Shown piece by piece: positions 20,148-29,093 of a stretch of DNA of 64,000 nt (its first letter is position 1; the number at the start of each line of letters is the position of its first letter). A program made the translations under genes and the position numbers. The notes below the pieces were generated by a model that was not told the DNA's origin, made no database searches, and saw nothing but the letters and a program-made list of their open reading frames with translations. Location of the stretch: the NCBI GenBank assembly GCA_963749915.1, contig CAVVOP010000022.1:544001-608000 (forward strand), given 5' to 3'. The DNA comes from an uncultured cyanobacterium. Its GTDB lineage: Bacteria > Cyanobacteriota > Cyanobacteriia > Cyanobacteriales > Cyanobacteriaceae.

Positions 20148-20711
20148 GTGTATAGTTCTAATGATATAACTATTCTTGATCAGATAATTAAAGATAATGC
20201 CAAAGTACCTTTAATCGATAATTATGGTAAAAAACAAGTAAATTTAACTGAAACTCATGGAACAGATTATTCTGTAACTATAAGAGGAATTCCTGATGAT
20301 ACTTTAATCATAAAAATAGATCTATTTGAAGCTCCTAAAAGTTTATTTCAAGGAATAAAAGGGGAATGTAAACGTTGTGATTATGTAATTATTTCTGATT
20401 CTCCGATAAAAAAGATGATTGTATTAATTGAAATGAAAGCAGGTAAAGCCTTAGAGAAAGAAGTTATTCAGCAATTAAAAGGAGGTAAATGTTTAGTGAA
20501 ATACTGTCAACAAATAGGACAAGAGTTTTGGCGGGAAATAGACTTTTTGAATAATTATGATTATCGTTTTATTAGTTTAAAAAATATTAGTATATCTAAA
20601 AAATCTACTAGGAACAAGAAACAAGCACAATTACATGACTCTCCTGAAAATATGTTAAAAATTTACTCCCCAAAAGGATTACAATTTAATCAATTAATTG
20701 GTCAACCATAA
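20148..20711 (+). CDS. Hypothetical protein, possible PD-(D/E)XK nuclease partner of the ATPase
   Basis: KRCDYVII...VLIEMK...QQL pattern; starts 2 nt after the ATPase stop. Confidence 0.55.
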   Translation: MYSSNDITILDQIIKDNAKVPLIDNYGKKQVNLTETHGTDYSVTIRGIPDDTLIIKIDLFEAPKSLFQGIKGECKRCDYVIISDSPIKKMIVLIEMKAGKALEKEVIQQLKGGKCLVKYCQQIGQEFWREIDFLNNYDYRFISLKNISISKKSTRNKKQAQLHDSPENMLKIYSPKGLQFNQLIGQP

Positions 20712-20754
20712 TCTATTAAAATATTTATTATTTACTACCGATTTCAATTTCTTC

Positions 20755-20786
20755 ATTGTTCACTATAGTCTGTTCACTGTTCATTG
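20755..20786. repeat. TGTTCAC-type heptamer array overlapping the DUF499 stop codon
   Basis: ATTGTTCACTATAGTCTGTTCACTGTTCATTG. Confidence 0.75.
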
Positions 20787-23700
20787 ACAGAGGCTTTCAA
20801 ATTAAGTCGCTCTACAGGATTACGTTTTAAAGCATCAAAAATCATATTAATTTCTGTGCCGTCAGGAGTAACAGGTGATGTAAAGTCGATCGTCAAACTA
20901 AGAGAAAGATTAGCTTGAGCAGAAGGAGAATTAAGCAAACTATTTAAAGTATTAAAAAAGCTCTGAAATCCTCTGGTATCACCCTGATATTCTAAACGAA
21001 TAAACTGCTCTTGTGCTTGAATAGTAACAGTTTGGTCAATCAATATTGACCATAATTGAGGACGATTTAATAAAGATAAACTGGTGCCTAACTTGCGGTA
21101 ATCCATCACTGAATCAACAGTAATAATCAAGGAAGAAAGAGCAGTAATTTTATAGTCTGAACATTGATCTTTTAGGTAAGTAAAAGTGGCGTTTACAGTA
21201 CCTTCTTTGACAATTTCTGATGGTTTTAACTGAAAAATATCAGGTTCAGGATTAACAATATATCCCCCAGAAGGCTCTTTTACTCCTATGGTTGCTAAAC
21301 TAACCGTGGTTTCTTGAATAGCTGTTTCCCCACTACCATAGTCAGCTACGACTTTAAATATCGTTAACTTCTCAATTGCAGTGGTATATTCATCACTAGG
21401 GCGAAAATCATCCTTGATTAAACTATTATCCTGATAAAGACTAACCATCAAAGCACCTTTCGCTTTCCATCGCACCCTCACCTCTTTTGTTTCTTGATTA
21501 ATTACTTGAGCCGAAAGCTGAATTACTTTTGGTTCGGGGGGTTTTAATATACCTCGACGATAAAGAGTGTAATTGTCGGAAAATTCGATAATCTCAGGTA
21601 AATTAGATAAACCTGTATCAGTTTTGATATACATTTTCTCACCTAGCTGCATATCCCAAACCCCTTCAGTTAAGCCTTGACGAATAGTATCCCGTAATAA
21701 AGATATCTCTGCATCTAGTAAAAACTTCAAACTTAAATCCTTGGCAAAGGTTTCTTTCAGTGCCATAGTGCTGATAGAATCTAAACCTTTTGCCCATACC
21801 TTCTGCATAATATAAGCAGGTGCATAAGCTTTTAAAGGCTCATCGGAACGTACTTTTTGACAATCCTTAAGGGCTTTGAGTATGACATCTTGTTGGTTAT
21901 TTTTCCCCTTAACAGTGCTAGAATCTTGAGCTGGTAAAACGTAATGCTTTAAACCATCGGGAGCTTTGACTGGGTCATTGTCAGGATAGAATAAATGACG
22001 ATAGGCATTAGTTAAAGCAATTCGTACCTCTAAATCCTTCGCCCCATACCTTTGTTTTAACTGTTTTTGTTGACTTTCTGATAAGTCTTCTAAACGAGTT
22101 TGAGAATTAAGAATATTGTGGATAGCCTTATATTCTCTAGTAATATCGATCGCTCTGTCTATTTCCGCTTTATTTGCCAATAAAAATAGTAAACGATTAC
22201 GATAGATCCTAAATCGTCCCGATTCACCTGTATTATTAAATATTTGAGTAATGAAACTGGGAGCAGTATCAGTGGCATTAGTAATAATGGCTTCATCAAA
22301 ATCGAGCACGCACAAGGCGATTTCATCTGCCCGATCATCTACATCAGAAGAACTATCAGGGGCAGAAATTAAAGTAAATAACTTTTTAGCAAAAATACTG
22401 TCTCGACGGGTGCGTAATTCTTCTTTGGCTTCACTACGTCCGATTTGTTCTTTTTCTTCACTAATAATTTTATTAATTGATGGCTCTTCCTTAAACCGAG
22501 CAATATTGCTAATCGGATCTACATCTAAATACCAGGCTACTGCTTGTAAATTATTCAAGGCTCGATCGACAAAATTAGCATCTAACCCTGGTGTTAATAA
22601 AGATAAATTTAATTCCCCTAAGCGAATTCCCGCACTAATACCATAATTGAGAGAATGGAGGAAAATAGTTCTCCCAATATAGGAAGAAAAAGGGGGTTTG
22701 CCTGCTGTTAACCATTCTTCATCTTGTTGTTGAGCGTAAGCGAGTCTGCCACTGGGATTATAAATATCGGCATTAACCGCAGGACGCATGGTTCCTCTCT
22801 GTATTCTTGAGGTTAAATCATCGGTAATATTTTTTTCTAAGCCCACTGGTAAATGATGGGTATGAATCAAAGGAATATATTCAGGGGGATTTTGCCACAG
22901 ATAACGCACTAATTGAGCCAGTAATCTTAAGGCACCCCTGGTCTTCTGAAATTCAGGAATAGCAGCTATTTTCTTGGTTAAGAGGTTAAATAACTCAGGA
23001 TGAAAAGGATAACTTTGAGCGATCGCTTCTCCATAGGTAGCATCTTTGCAACTATCAGGTAAGTTGAGATGATTGGTTTTATAAGTTTGCAAATAAGTTT
23101 TAGCGATAGTGTCAGCGGTATCAACGTTAACCGAATCAAACAAACGCTGTTTGACTATATTGTAAATTTCGACATCAGTACTAGGAGTTAAGACTCTTTC
23201 TTGACGGGCAGAAGCACTAATTAACTCTTTTAATTCATTGGTATCCTCCGCAAAAGTATCACTACTAGAAGCCAAAGAATAGACTAAAACTAAATTATTA
23301 GTAGCAGAAGCTAAATCCATCAGGGAGAAAAGAAAATTAACCACCTGTTTAGCTAAATTACTATCTTGTATTGCTTTCCCTTTGGCAGTACTAAGATAAC
23401 GGGCAATTTCATCCAACATAATCACCGTGGGTCGATTATTCACTAAACGTTCAATCACAGAAGTACCGGGACTGACTCCAGAGCGATCGCTTTTTTGTAA
23501 AAGTTGATAACCTTCTATGTGTCCTATTTGATAAGCAATCTCTCCCCATAAGGTATAAGTCGTGATACCGGTATCTTGATGATAAATGCCATTCTCAGGA
23601 TCTAAATCTCTCCCATCAATAGCTGCCACTTGAATGGTATCGGCAGGGATAATCTCTAAATCAGTAAAACGTTCTAAAGCCTGAATCTTTCTGCCCTGTT

Positions 23701-23998
23701 TAGCAATATGCCAAATAGCGATTTGGTCATGGGTTTTACCGCCACCAAAACTAGTTTCTAATCTTAAAATGGGAGAACCGCTACCCTTGCCGCTGAGACG
23801 AGTAAATACCTCTCCGATTAAAGTTTTTATACCATCGGTGGGAAATGTATTAGCAAAAAATAAATCAGGGTTTTGATATACTTGTGGAGCTTTTCCTTCT
23901 ACTACTAAACGCAATTTAGCGGCAAAAAGATCTAACTGTAAATCGCCTGATAATATTTCACCTCTGGGAGTACAACTATCTAAAACAGAAGGGAGCAT
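20774..23998 (-). CDS. DUF499 family AAA+ ATPase
   Basis: C.PR.EIL.G...FAA.L N-terminus, LETSFGGGKTH Walker A, TLWGEIAYQIG, IMLDEI, SYPFHPEL, FQKTRGALRLLA. Confidence 0.92.
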   Translation of the reverse strand: MLPSVLDSCTPRGEILSGDLQLDLFAAKLRLVVEGKAPQVYQNPDLFFANTFPTDGIKTLIGEVFTRLSGKGSGSPILRLETSFGGGKTHDQIAIWHIAKQGRKIQALERFTDLEIIPADTIQVAAIDGRDLDPENGIYHQDTGITTYTLWGEIAYQIGHIEGYQLLQKSDRSGVSPGTSVIERLVNNRPTVIMLDEIARYLSTAKGKAIQDSNLAKQVVNFLFSLMDLASATNNLVLVYSLASSSDTFAEDTNELKELISASARQERVLTPSTDVEIYNIVKQRLFDSVNVDTADTIAKTYLQTYKTNHLNLPDSCKDATYGEAIAQSYPFHPELFNLLTKKIAAIPEFQKTRGALRLLAQLVRYLWQNPPEYIPLIHTHHLPVGLEKNITDDLTSRIQRGTMRPAVNADIYNPSGRLAYAQQQDEEWLTAGKPPFSSYIGRTIFLHSLNYGISAGIRLGELNLSLLTPGLDANFVDRALNNLQAVAWYLDVDPISNIARFKEEPSINKIISEEKEQIGRSEAKEELRTRRDSIFAKKLFTLISAPDSSSDVDDRADEIALCVLDFDEAIITNATDTAPSFITQIFNNTGESGRFRIYRNRLLFLLANKAEIDRAIDITREYKAIHNILNSQTRLEDLSESQQKQLKQRYGAKDLEVRIALTNAYRHLFYPDNDPVKAPDGLKHYVLPAQDSSTVKGKNNQQDVILKALKDCQKVRSDEPLKAYAPAYIMQKVWAKGLDSISTMALKETFAKDLSLKFLLDAEISLLRDTIRQGLTEGVWDMQLGEKMYIKTDTGLSNLPEIIEFSDNYTLYRRGILKPPEPKVIQLSAQVINQETKEVRVRWKAKGALMVSLYQDNSLIKDDFRPSDEYTTAIEKLTIFKVVADYGSGETAIQETTVSLATIGVKEPSGGYIVNPEPDIFQLKPSEIVKEGTVNATFTYLKDQCSDYKITALSSLIITVDSVMDYRKLGTSLSLLNRPQLWSILIDQTVTIQAQEQFIRLEYQGDTRGFQSFFNTLNSLLNSPSAQANLSLSLTIDFTSPVTPDGTEINMIFDALKRNPVERLNLKASVNEQ

Positions 23999-24021
23999 TT
24001 GTTTTTGGAAAATAAATTAAT

Positions 24022-24441
24022 AGAACTCTTGCAAAAATAAAATGAATATGATTATTCTAATTGTAATGGGCGATCGCCAAAAACAAAAATCGTCAAAATT
24101 AGTTGAATCAGGACTTAATGCATAAAAAATACTTATGTTATTCTAAAAAATCAAGAAAAAATAATTATTAATAGAAAAAAAATCAGAAATTAACCATAAT
24201 AATTATCGGAAACTTTCAGATAGTTAAATAGATTTTGTTTGGAGTTCATATTTGACTATTTCTACTAATAAATCATAGGTTTTTTTAGTTACTCCAAACC
24301 TTCTCTTAAACTTTTTTGGTGGCAATTTTTCTATTTTTTAAAATTTCATAAGCAAATCTTATACTTTTCTAGTAAGCGATCGCTTATATTAACAAATTTT
24401 GACACTTAATTTTAACTGATATTCAATTTTGCAAGAGGTTT
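24022..24441. mobile_element. Putative MITE (~420 bp, non-coding)
   Basis: Terminal inverted repeats AGAACTCTTGCAAAA / TTTTGCAAGAGGTTT (13/15); very AT-rich interior with no ORF; TAAT on both flanks. Confidence 0.55.
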
Positions 24442-24525
24442 AATATTATTACTTGAATTTCAAGCCTGCCAGGCATGACTAATATTTGCCTTAATAAGTC
24501 ATTTTTTATCTAGTTTGGGCTGGTT

Positions 24526-24669
24526 CTAACGGATTTTGTGGGTGGGCAATTTTTCGGCTGGTCGGCGACCATTCATCGAGCTGGCAATCAACAAATTGTG
24601 CAACCAGTTGTCATGGTATTGAAATCCATTGAGGTCGTTAAAGGGCGAAACGTGCCTGACTAGCGATAT
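24526..24669 (-). pseudogene. C-terminal remnant of a probable transposase
   Basis: GC-richer patch; the minus frame SPFNDLNGFQYHDNWLHNLLIASSMNGRR resembles C-termini of uncharacterised transposases (recalled, not searched). Confidence 0.4.
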
Positions 24670-24699
24670 AGGAGATTGTTCGTCTCCGCTTCGCTCCGA

Positions 24700-24763
24700 C
24701 TCACGCGCCTCTCATCCCGACGCTCACCCTATCGGTTAGAGCTCGGGGCTTCCCGGCTAGGAG
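24700..24763 (-). mobile_element. IS200/IS605-type left end hairpin
   Basis: Minus strand TTAG|CTCCTAGCCGGGAAGCCCCGAGCTCTAACCGATAGGGTGAGCGTCGGGATGAGAGGC shares the GAAGCCC.G.CTCT...GTCGGGA core with the right end at 9514-9560. Confidence 0.62.
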
Positions 24764-24876
24764 CTAAAGCAAAAGGCATAGGGAATATTTGAAAGGTTCA
24801 GTAAACCTATTTTATTTAAGGTTGACTCGATCATATAATAGTTGTAGGTTAACTTATAATTTCTCTTGAAAATAAT

Positions 24877-25449
24877 TTGACAATTCCGAATCAAAAAAAA
24901 CAGTTAAGAAAACAATTTATCAAAAAAAGATTACAACTTTCTCCCACTCAATGGCAAAAAAAAAGCGATCGCCTATGTCAAAATTTAATTGATAGTCAGA
25001 TTTTTCGCCAAGCTAAAGTGGTTTTAAGTTATGTTAGTTTTAAACAAGAGCCTGATTTAAGTTTATTGCATCAACAAGCCGACGTTATTTTTGGTCTACC
25101 CCATTGTCAAGGAAAAAGTTTAATCTGGCATCAATGGCAATGGGGGGATAAATTACAAAAAAATTCTTATGGTATCAGTGAACCTTTTTCAGATTCTCCT
25201 TTAATTGATATTAATACCGTTGATTTAATTTTAGTTCCAGCAGTGATGGGCGATCGCAAAGGTTATCGATTAGGTTACGGCGGCGGTTATTACGATCGAA
25301 TGTTAGAATTACCGTCATGGAAAAATATTCCTACCGTTGGGGTTGTGTTTGATTTTGCTTATGTGTCTGAATTGCCCCAAGAACCATGGGACAAAAGTTT
25401 GTATTGTATTTGTACAGAATCAGGAATCAAAAAGAAAGAAAAGAATTAA
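24877..25449 (+). CDS. 5-formyltetrahydrofolate cyclo-ligase
   Basis: KKQLRK, YGISEP, DLILVPAVMGDRKGYRLGYGGGYYDR, PQEPWD. Confidence 0.93.
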   Translation: MTIPNQKKQLRKQFIKKRLQLSPTQWQKKSDRLCQNLIDSQIFRQAKVVLSYVSFKQEPDLSLLHQQADVIFGLPHCQGKSLIWHQWQWGDKLQKNSYGISEPFSDSPLIDINTVDLILVPAVMGDRKGYRLGYGGGYYDRMLELPSWKNIPTVGVVFDFAYVSELPQEPWDKSLYCICTESGIKKKEKN

Positions 25450-25522
25450 GGAACAAAATCAGTAAAATTCTCCGTCACAGGGTACAGTTTGTTAGACTGA
25501 CAATGAGTAAAATTATTATCTT

Positions 25523-26077
25523 ATGTTAAATAACATGAATTTATTAAAAATTAGCCATAAAGGTTTTTGGACAACTTTAGCTTTAAGTGCAACTTTAGTT
25601 ACGGCTTTACCTCATGTTGTTTCAGCACAAGGTGGCAGTAACCCCGGATTAACCATTTTCAGCGGGGTAGATCGCCAAGATATACTTAGTTACCACCTAG
25701 ATTTTGGTGGCAAAGCGGGGGGATGGGATCGTTATCGTCTCAGAATTCCAGGTAAAAAAATCACTGAAGGAGTTGCTAAATTTTTCATCACTTACCCCGA
25801 TTATTACACTGGTAAATTTGACGTTGACTCCATTGAAGTCAGGGTAAAAAATAACAAATTGCCTATCAGAGAAATAATTTGGGATCAAGAAAGTCGTATT
25901 ATTGAAATTGACTTGGAAGAACCTTTATTGGAAAGTAACAAAGTTGAATTAGTGTTTTCTAATGTGAAAAACCCCGATCCTGGTGGTACTTTCTACTTTC
26001 AAGCCCAAGTTTTAACTCCAGGGCAAGTACCTATCAGATTAAATGTAGGTACGTGGATTGTGAGCATTAGTAAATAG
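25523..26077 (+). CDS. Secreted cyanobacterial protein (DUF2808-like)
   Basis: Signal-peptide-like N-terminus; GLTIFSGV...WDRYRLRIP...SNVKNP..GGTFYF...GTW. Confidence 0.75.
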   Translation: MLNNMNLLKISHKGFWTTLALSATLVTALPHVVSAQGGSNPGLTIFSGVDRQDILSYHLDFGGKAGGWDRYRLRIPGKKITEGVAKFFITYPDYYTGKFDVDSIEVRVKNNKLPIREIIWDQESRIIEIDLEEPLLESNKVELVFSNVKNPDPGGTFYFQAQVLTPGQVPIRLNVGTWIVSISK

Positions 26078-26088
26078 TTGAGGAACAT

Positions 26089-26119
26089 TGTGGGGGCTTA
26101 GTAATATTTCGCCCCTACA
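26089..26119. repeat. REP-like palindrome
   Basis: TGTGGGGGC-ttagtaatatttc-GCCCCTACA after the DUF2808-like gene. Confidence 0.5.
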
Positions 26120-26239
26120 AGAAATTGATAATAACAAGATAAGCTAAGATGCAGTCAAACTACTTCTTTTCAAAGTAGTTAAATAAGTTTGAGTTTTGCA
26201 TTTGCAAAAGATTTAATGCCGTCAATCACTAATTATTCA

Positions 26240-26620
26240 TTATGTCCCAGGTTTGCAAACATTGTAATCTTCATGGGAAACCACAGCTTCAGGAGCGACC
26301 AAATCACCATAGTCTCTGCAAATTAGACGGTAATTTCTAGTGACGGGAATACTAATTATAAATCGATCATGTCTTAGTCTTTTTCCCCTAAAGTTAGTAT
26401 AACTGGCTCGATTTTGAATATTGTAGATTATTTGTCTAGCCTTTAAGACTACATTTCTCGGCAAAGAACTTAAGTCAATAGGATCCTGCGAAAATGTTGC
26501 TTCCCAAGCATTCTTTTGTTTTCTCTTTTCCTCTCTAAGTGCTTGTTTTTGTTCACACTTATGACAATCTCTACCGTAGCCTAAATGACCACAAGCAAAT
26601 TTTTTTCTTCTTCTAGACAT
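26240..26620 (-). CDS. Zn-ribbon protein with a RelE/ParE-like C-terminal domain
   Basis: MSRRRKKFACGHLGYGRDCHKC; C-terminal FRGKRL...ISIPVTRNYRLI...VVSHEDYN. Confidence 0.6.
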   Translation of the reverse strand: MSRRRKKFACGHLGYGRDCHKCEQKQALREEKRKQKNAWEATFSQDPIDLSSLPRNVVLKARQIIYNIQNRASYTNFRGKRLRHDRFIISIPVTRNYRLICRDYGDLVAPEAVVSHEDYNVCKPGT

Positions 26621-27326
26621 TTCTGACCTCTCTTTGGACTGGTGTTTAGCATTTATTTGAGAATCAGTCAGCAAAGCTTACAGAAAATTTCTCACAGGTT
26701 TAAAATCTAACCTTAAGTTTTTAAAATACAAATATCCTTATTGTTACCTAAGTATTATTTAGTTATGTTTGTTAATATTTATTAATTGTGTAAAGTTGTT
26801 AATTAAAACCTTTGCATTATCAGGAATAAAAAAAGTTTGTATTTATCCACTTAAATAGTAATAACAAGATCAGTTTCCTAATTTAAAAAACTTAGATTTT
26901 AAAAAAGTAATTACTCTAAAAGCTTTGATTCAAGATTGATCCCCACATTATTAGGATACAAGATCTCCCTTAAAATCCACAAACTTTATTACAATTTCTT
27001 AAGGAAATAGCTTAATAAAACTTTAAGATCCTCAGAATTAACTCGGAGATTCAGTAAGTAGTTCTACATAATCGTTTAATCTTAGGCAATAAAAAAAAGA
27101 AAGACCAAACACAAAACTACTTAATTAAATTATTTAAGATAGTGTAAATTTGACAAAAATAGGCTAAAAAGATCCGTAAAAATACACAAAATTAATTTGA
27201 AAGAGAAAATCAAAGATTTTTTCGCTAAAATTAGTTTAGATTACAAAAATTATAAATAATTTGTTGATATTACTGGGGTAATAGACTATATTTAATAATG
27301 ATTTTTCATAACCACTGATAAAACTG

Positions 27327-29042
27327 ATGAATCAAAATAACCTTTCCGCTCAAGTTTTTTTAACCGTTAATACCCTTGAAGATCAAAACGATGGTAGCGA
27401 AGTTGATGGTTTATCTCTCAGAGATGCCATTATCCTAGCTAATGCTGATCCTAGAAGACAATACATTATCAATGTACCGGAGGGGACATATAACCTCACT
27501 CTCACAGCAGACGGTTCTTTAAATATTGCTAGTAATATTACAATTCTCGGAGTTAGTGCCGGTGGAACTTTACTCACGGCTAGTTTCCTGGGCGATCGCA
27601 TTTTTACTGTTTCTGGTACTGGAAATCTTAATCTGGCGAATGTTACTCTCCAAGATGCGAATGTCGGCACAGAAAATCCTATTATTGATGATGGGACGAC
27701 GGGAGTTATTGCCGTTGACGGTGGTGCTATTAAAATCGAATCCGCAGGAAAAGCAACTTTAAACAATACCATCATTGCCCAAAATAGCACCAATGGTAGA
27801 GGAGGTGGTATTGCTAATAATGGAATTTTAGAAATTAATGATTCTGTTGTACTGGTTAATTTTGCGGTGGGTAATGGCGGTGGAATTTATAACGGCGATG
27901 GTGGTACAGTTCGGATAAATCGTAGTACCATAGCTTTTAACTCCACCAGCAACACCCTAGACGAAAATGCGTCCCTCGGTGGTGGCGGTATTTTCAACGA
28001 TGTTGGCGGGGAGATAACGATTGTTAATAGTACTATTTCTGGGAATAACAGTATCATCGGCGGTGGGATCTGGACTCAAGGAGATCAAGCCACGATTATT
28101 AATAGTACGATCGCCCAAAATAGTGGTTCTACAGGTTCAGGTATTTTTTCGGGCAATCGCCAAGATGCTACTACTCCAGTCAACACAATACTCCGCAATA
28201 GCATTGTGGCTGAAAATATCAACAGTGCCGACATAGACGGAAAATTCGATAATCTGAGTTCTTATAATCTTATTGGTGCATCAGAAAAAGGTAGTTTAGT
28301 TAATAACTTCAATAATAATCTTGTTGGCAGTTTAGAAAGTCCTATTGATCCTCTTATTGGGGATTTACCCGGAGAATTTACCACTACTGATGGGGCGTCT
28401 GCATTATTAGTTCACCCCCTGCTTGAAGGTAGTCCTGCTATTAACGCAGGAAATAATGCCAATACTCAAATTCGTAATCTTTTTAACTATTATGGCAACC
28501 AAGATCAACGGGGTGAGGCTAGAATTATTGATGGTACGGTGGACATAGGTAGTTATGAATTTATACAAGGTTCAGGAATCGGGAATGATGACCTTACTTC
28601 AGGATTGAATACCCCCATTTATCGCTTTCAAAATACTTCCCTACCCGGTACTTATCTATTTGCAGGGGAGGAGGAAAGACAAAGTATTAAACAAAATAAT
28701 CCTAATTTTGTCGAGGAAGGTTTTGCTTTTAGTGTCGCAGTACAACCCGAAGATGATTTAATTGCTATTTATCGCTTTCAAAATAGCAGTGTCCTGGGTA
28801 CTTATCTTTATGTTGGAGAACAAGAAAGACAAAGCATAAGACAAAACAACCGCAACTTTATTGAGGAAGGTCTAGCTTTTTACGTTTATGGTGCCGATGC
28901 GAACAAAGGACAAGATATTTACCGTTTCCAAAACTTAGATCAACCCGGTACGTATTTATTTGTGGGAGAAGCCGAGAAAAATAATATTACGGCTAATTTC
29001 TCTAACTTCCGCTTAGAAGGAGTTGCTTTTGAAGTGGCTTAA
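27327..29042 (+). CDS. Exoprotein 1: CSLREA-type N-terminus, beta-helix (GGG.I repeats), choice-of-anchor Q-like domain, three C-terminal repeats
   Basis: TVNTLEDQNDG...LSLRDAI, GGGIANNG repeats, GSPAINAG...DQRG...DIGSYE, (IYRFQN...GTYL...EG.AF)x3. Confidence 0.8.
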   Translation: MNQNNLSAQVFLTVNTLEDQNDGSEVDGLSLRDAIILANADPRRQYIINVPEGTYNLTLTADGSLNIASNITILGVSAGGTLLTASFLGDRIFTVSGTGNLNLANVTLQDANVGTENPIIDDGTTGVIAVDGGAIKIESAGKATLNNTIIAQNSTNGRGGGIANNGILEINDSVVLVNFAVGNGGGIYNGDGGTVRINRSTIAFNSTSNTLDENASLGGGGIFNDVGGEITIVNSTISGNNSIIGGGIWTQGDQATIINSTIAQNSGSTGSGIFSGNRQDATTPVNTILRNSIVAENINSADIDGKFDNLSSYNLIGASEKGSLVNNFNNNLVGSLESPIDPLIGDLPGEFTTTDGASALLVHPLLEGSPAINAGNNANTQIRNLFNYYGNQDQRGEARIIDGTVDIGSYEFIQGSGIGNDDLTSGLNTPIYRFQNTSLPGTYLFAGEEERQSIKQNNPNFVEEGFAFSVAVQPEDDLIAIYRFQNSSVLGTYLYVGEQERQSIRQNNRNFIEEGLAFYVYGADANKGQDIYRFQNLDQPGTYLFVGEAEKNNITANFSNFRLEGVAFEVA

Positions 29043-29093
29043 AATATTTTTACTTTTACTGAATTTATTTATTGATAACAAGAGGTTAAAACC

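Larger units (their letters stand above)
9514..24763 (-). mobile_element. Putative ~15.25-kb defence island bounded by IS605-type left and right ends
   Basis: Right end TCAC at 9514-9517 and a related hairpin preceded by TTAG at 24764-24767, both on the minus strand; the reconstructed empty site restores CTG CAC TAA in the upstream gene. Confidence 0.6.

Noticed and set aside
9930..23998. BREX, DISARM or type I/III R-M assignment
   Set aside because: No PglZ, BrxL, DrmA/B or HsdS-like genes; the gene set fits the DUF499/DUF1156 system
27054..27067. NtcA-like GTA-N8-TAC site
   Set aside because: A single short match in very AT-rich DNA with no supporting context
26620..27327. Possible tRNA, ncRNA or riboswitch in the long intergenic region
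   Set aside because: No cloverleaf or recognisable conserved structure was seen; an sRNA cannot be excluded without RNA-seq
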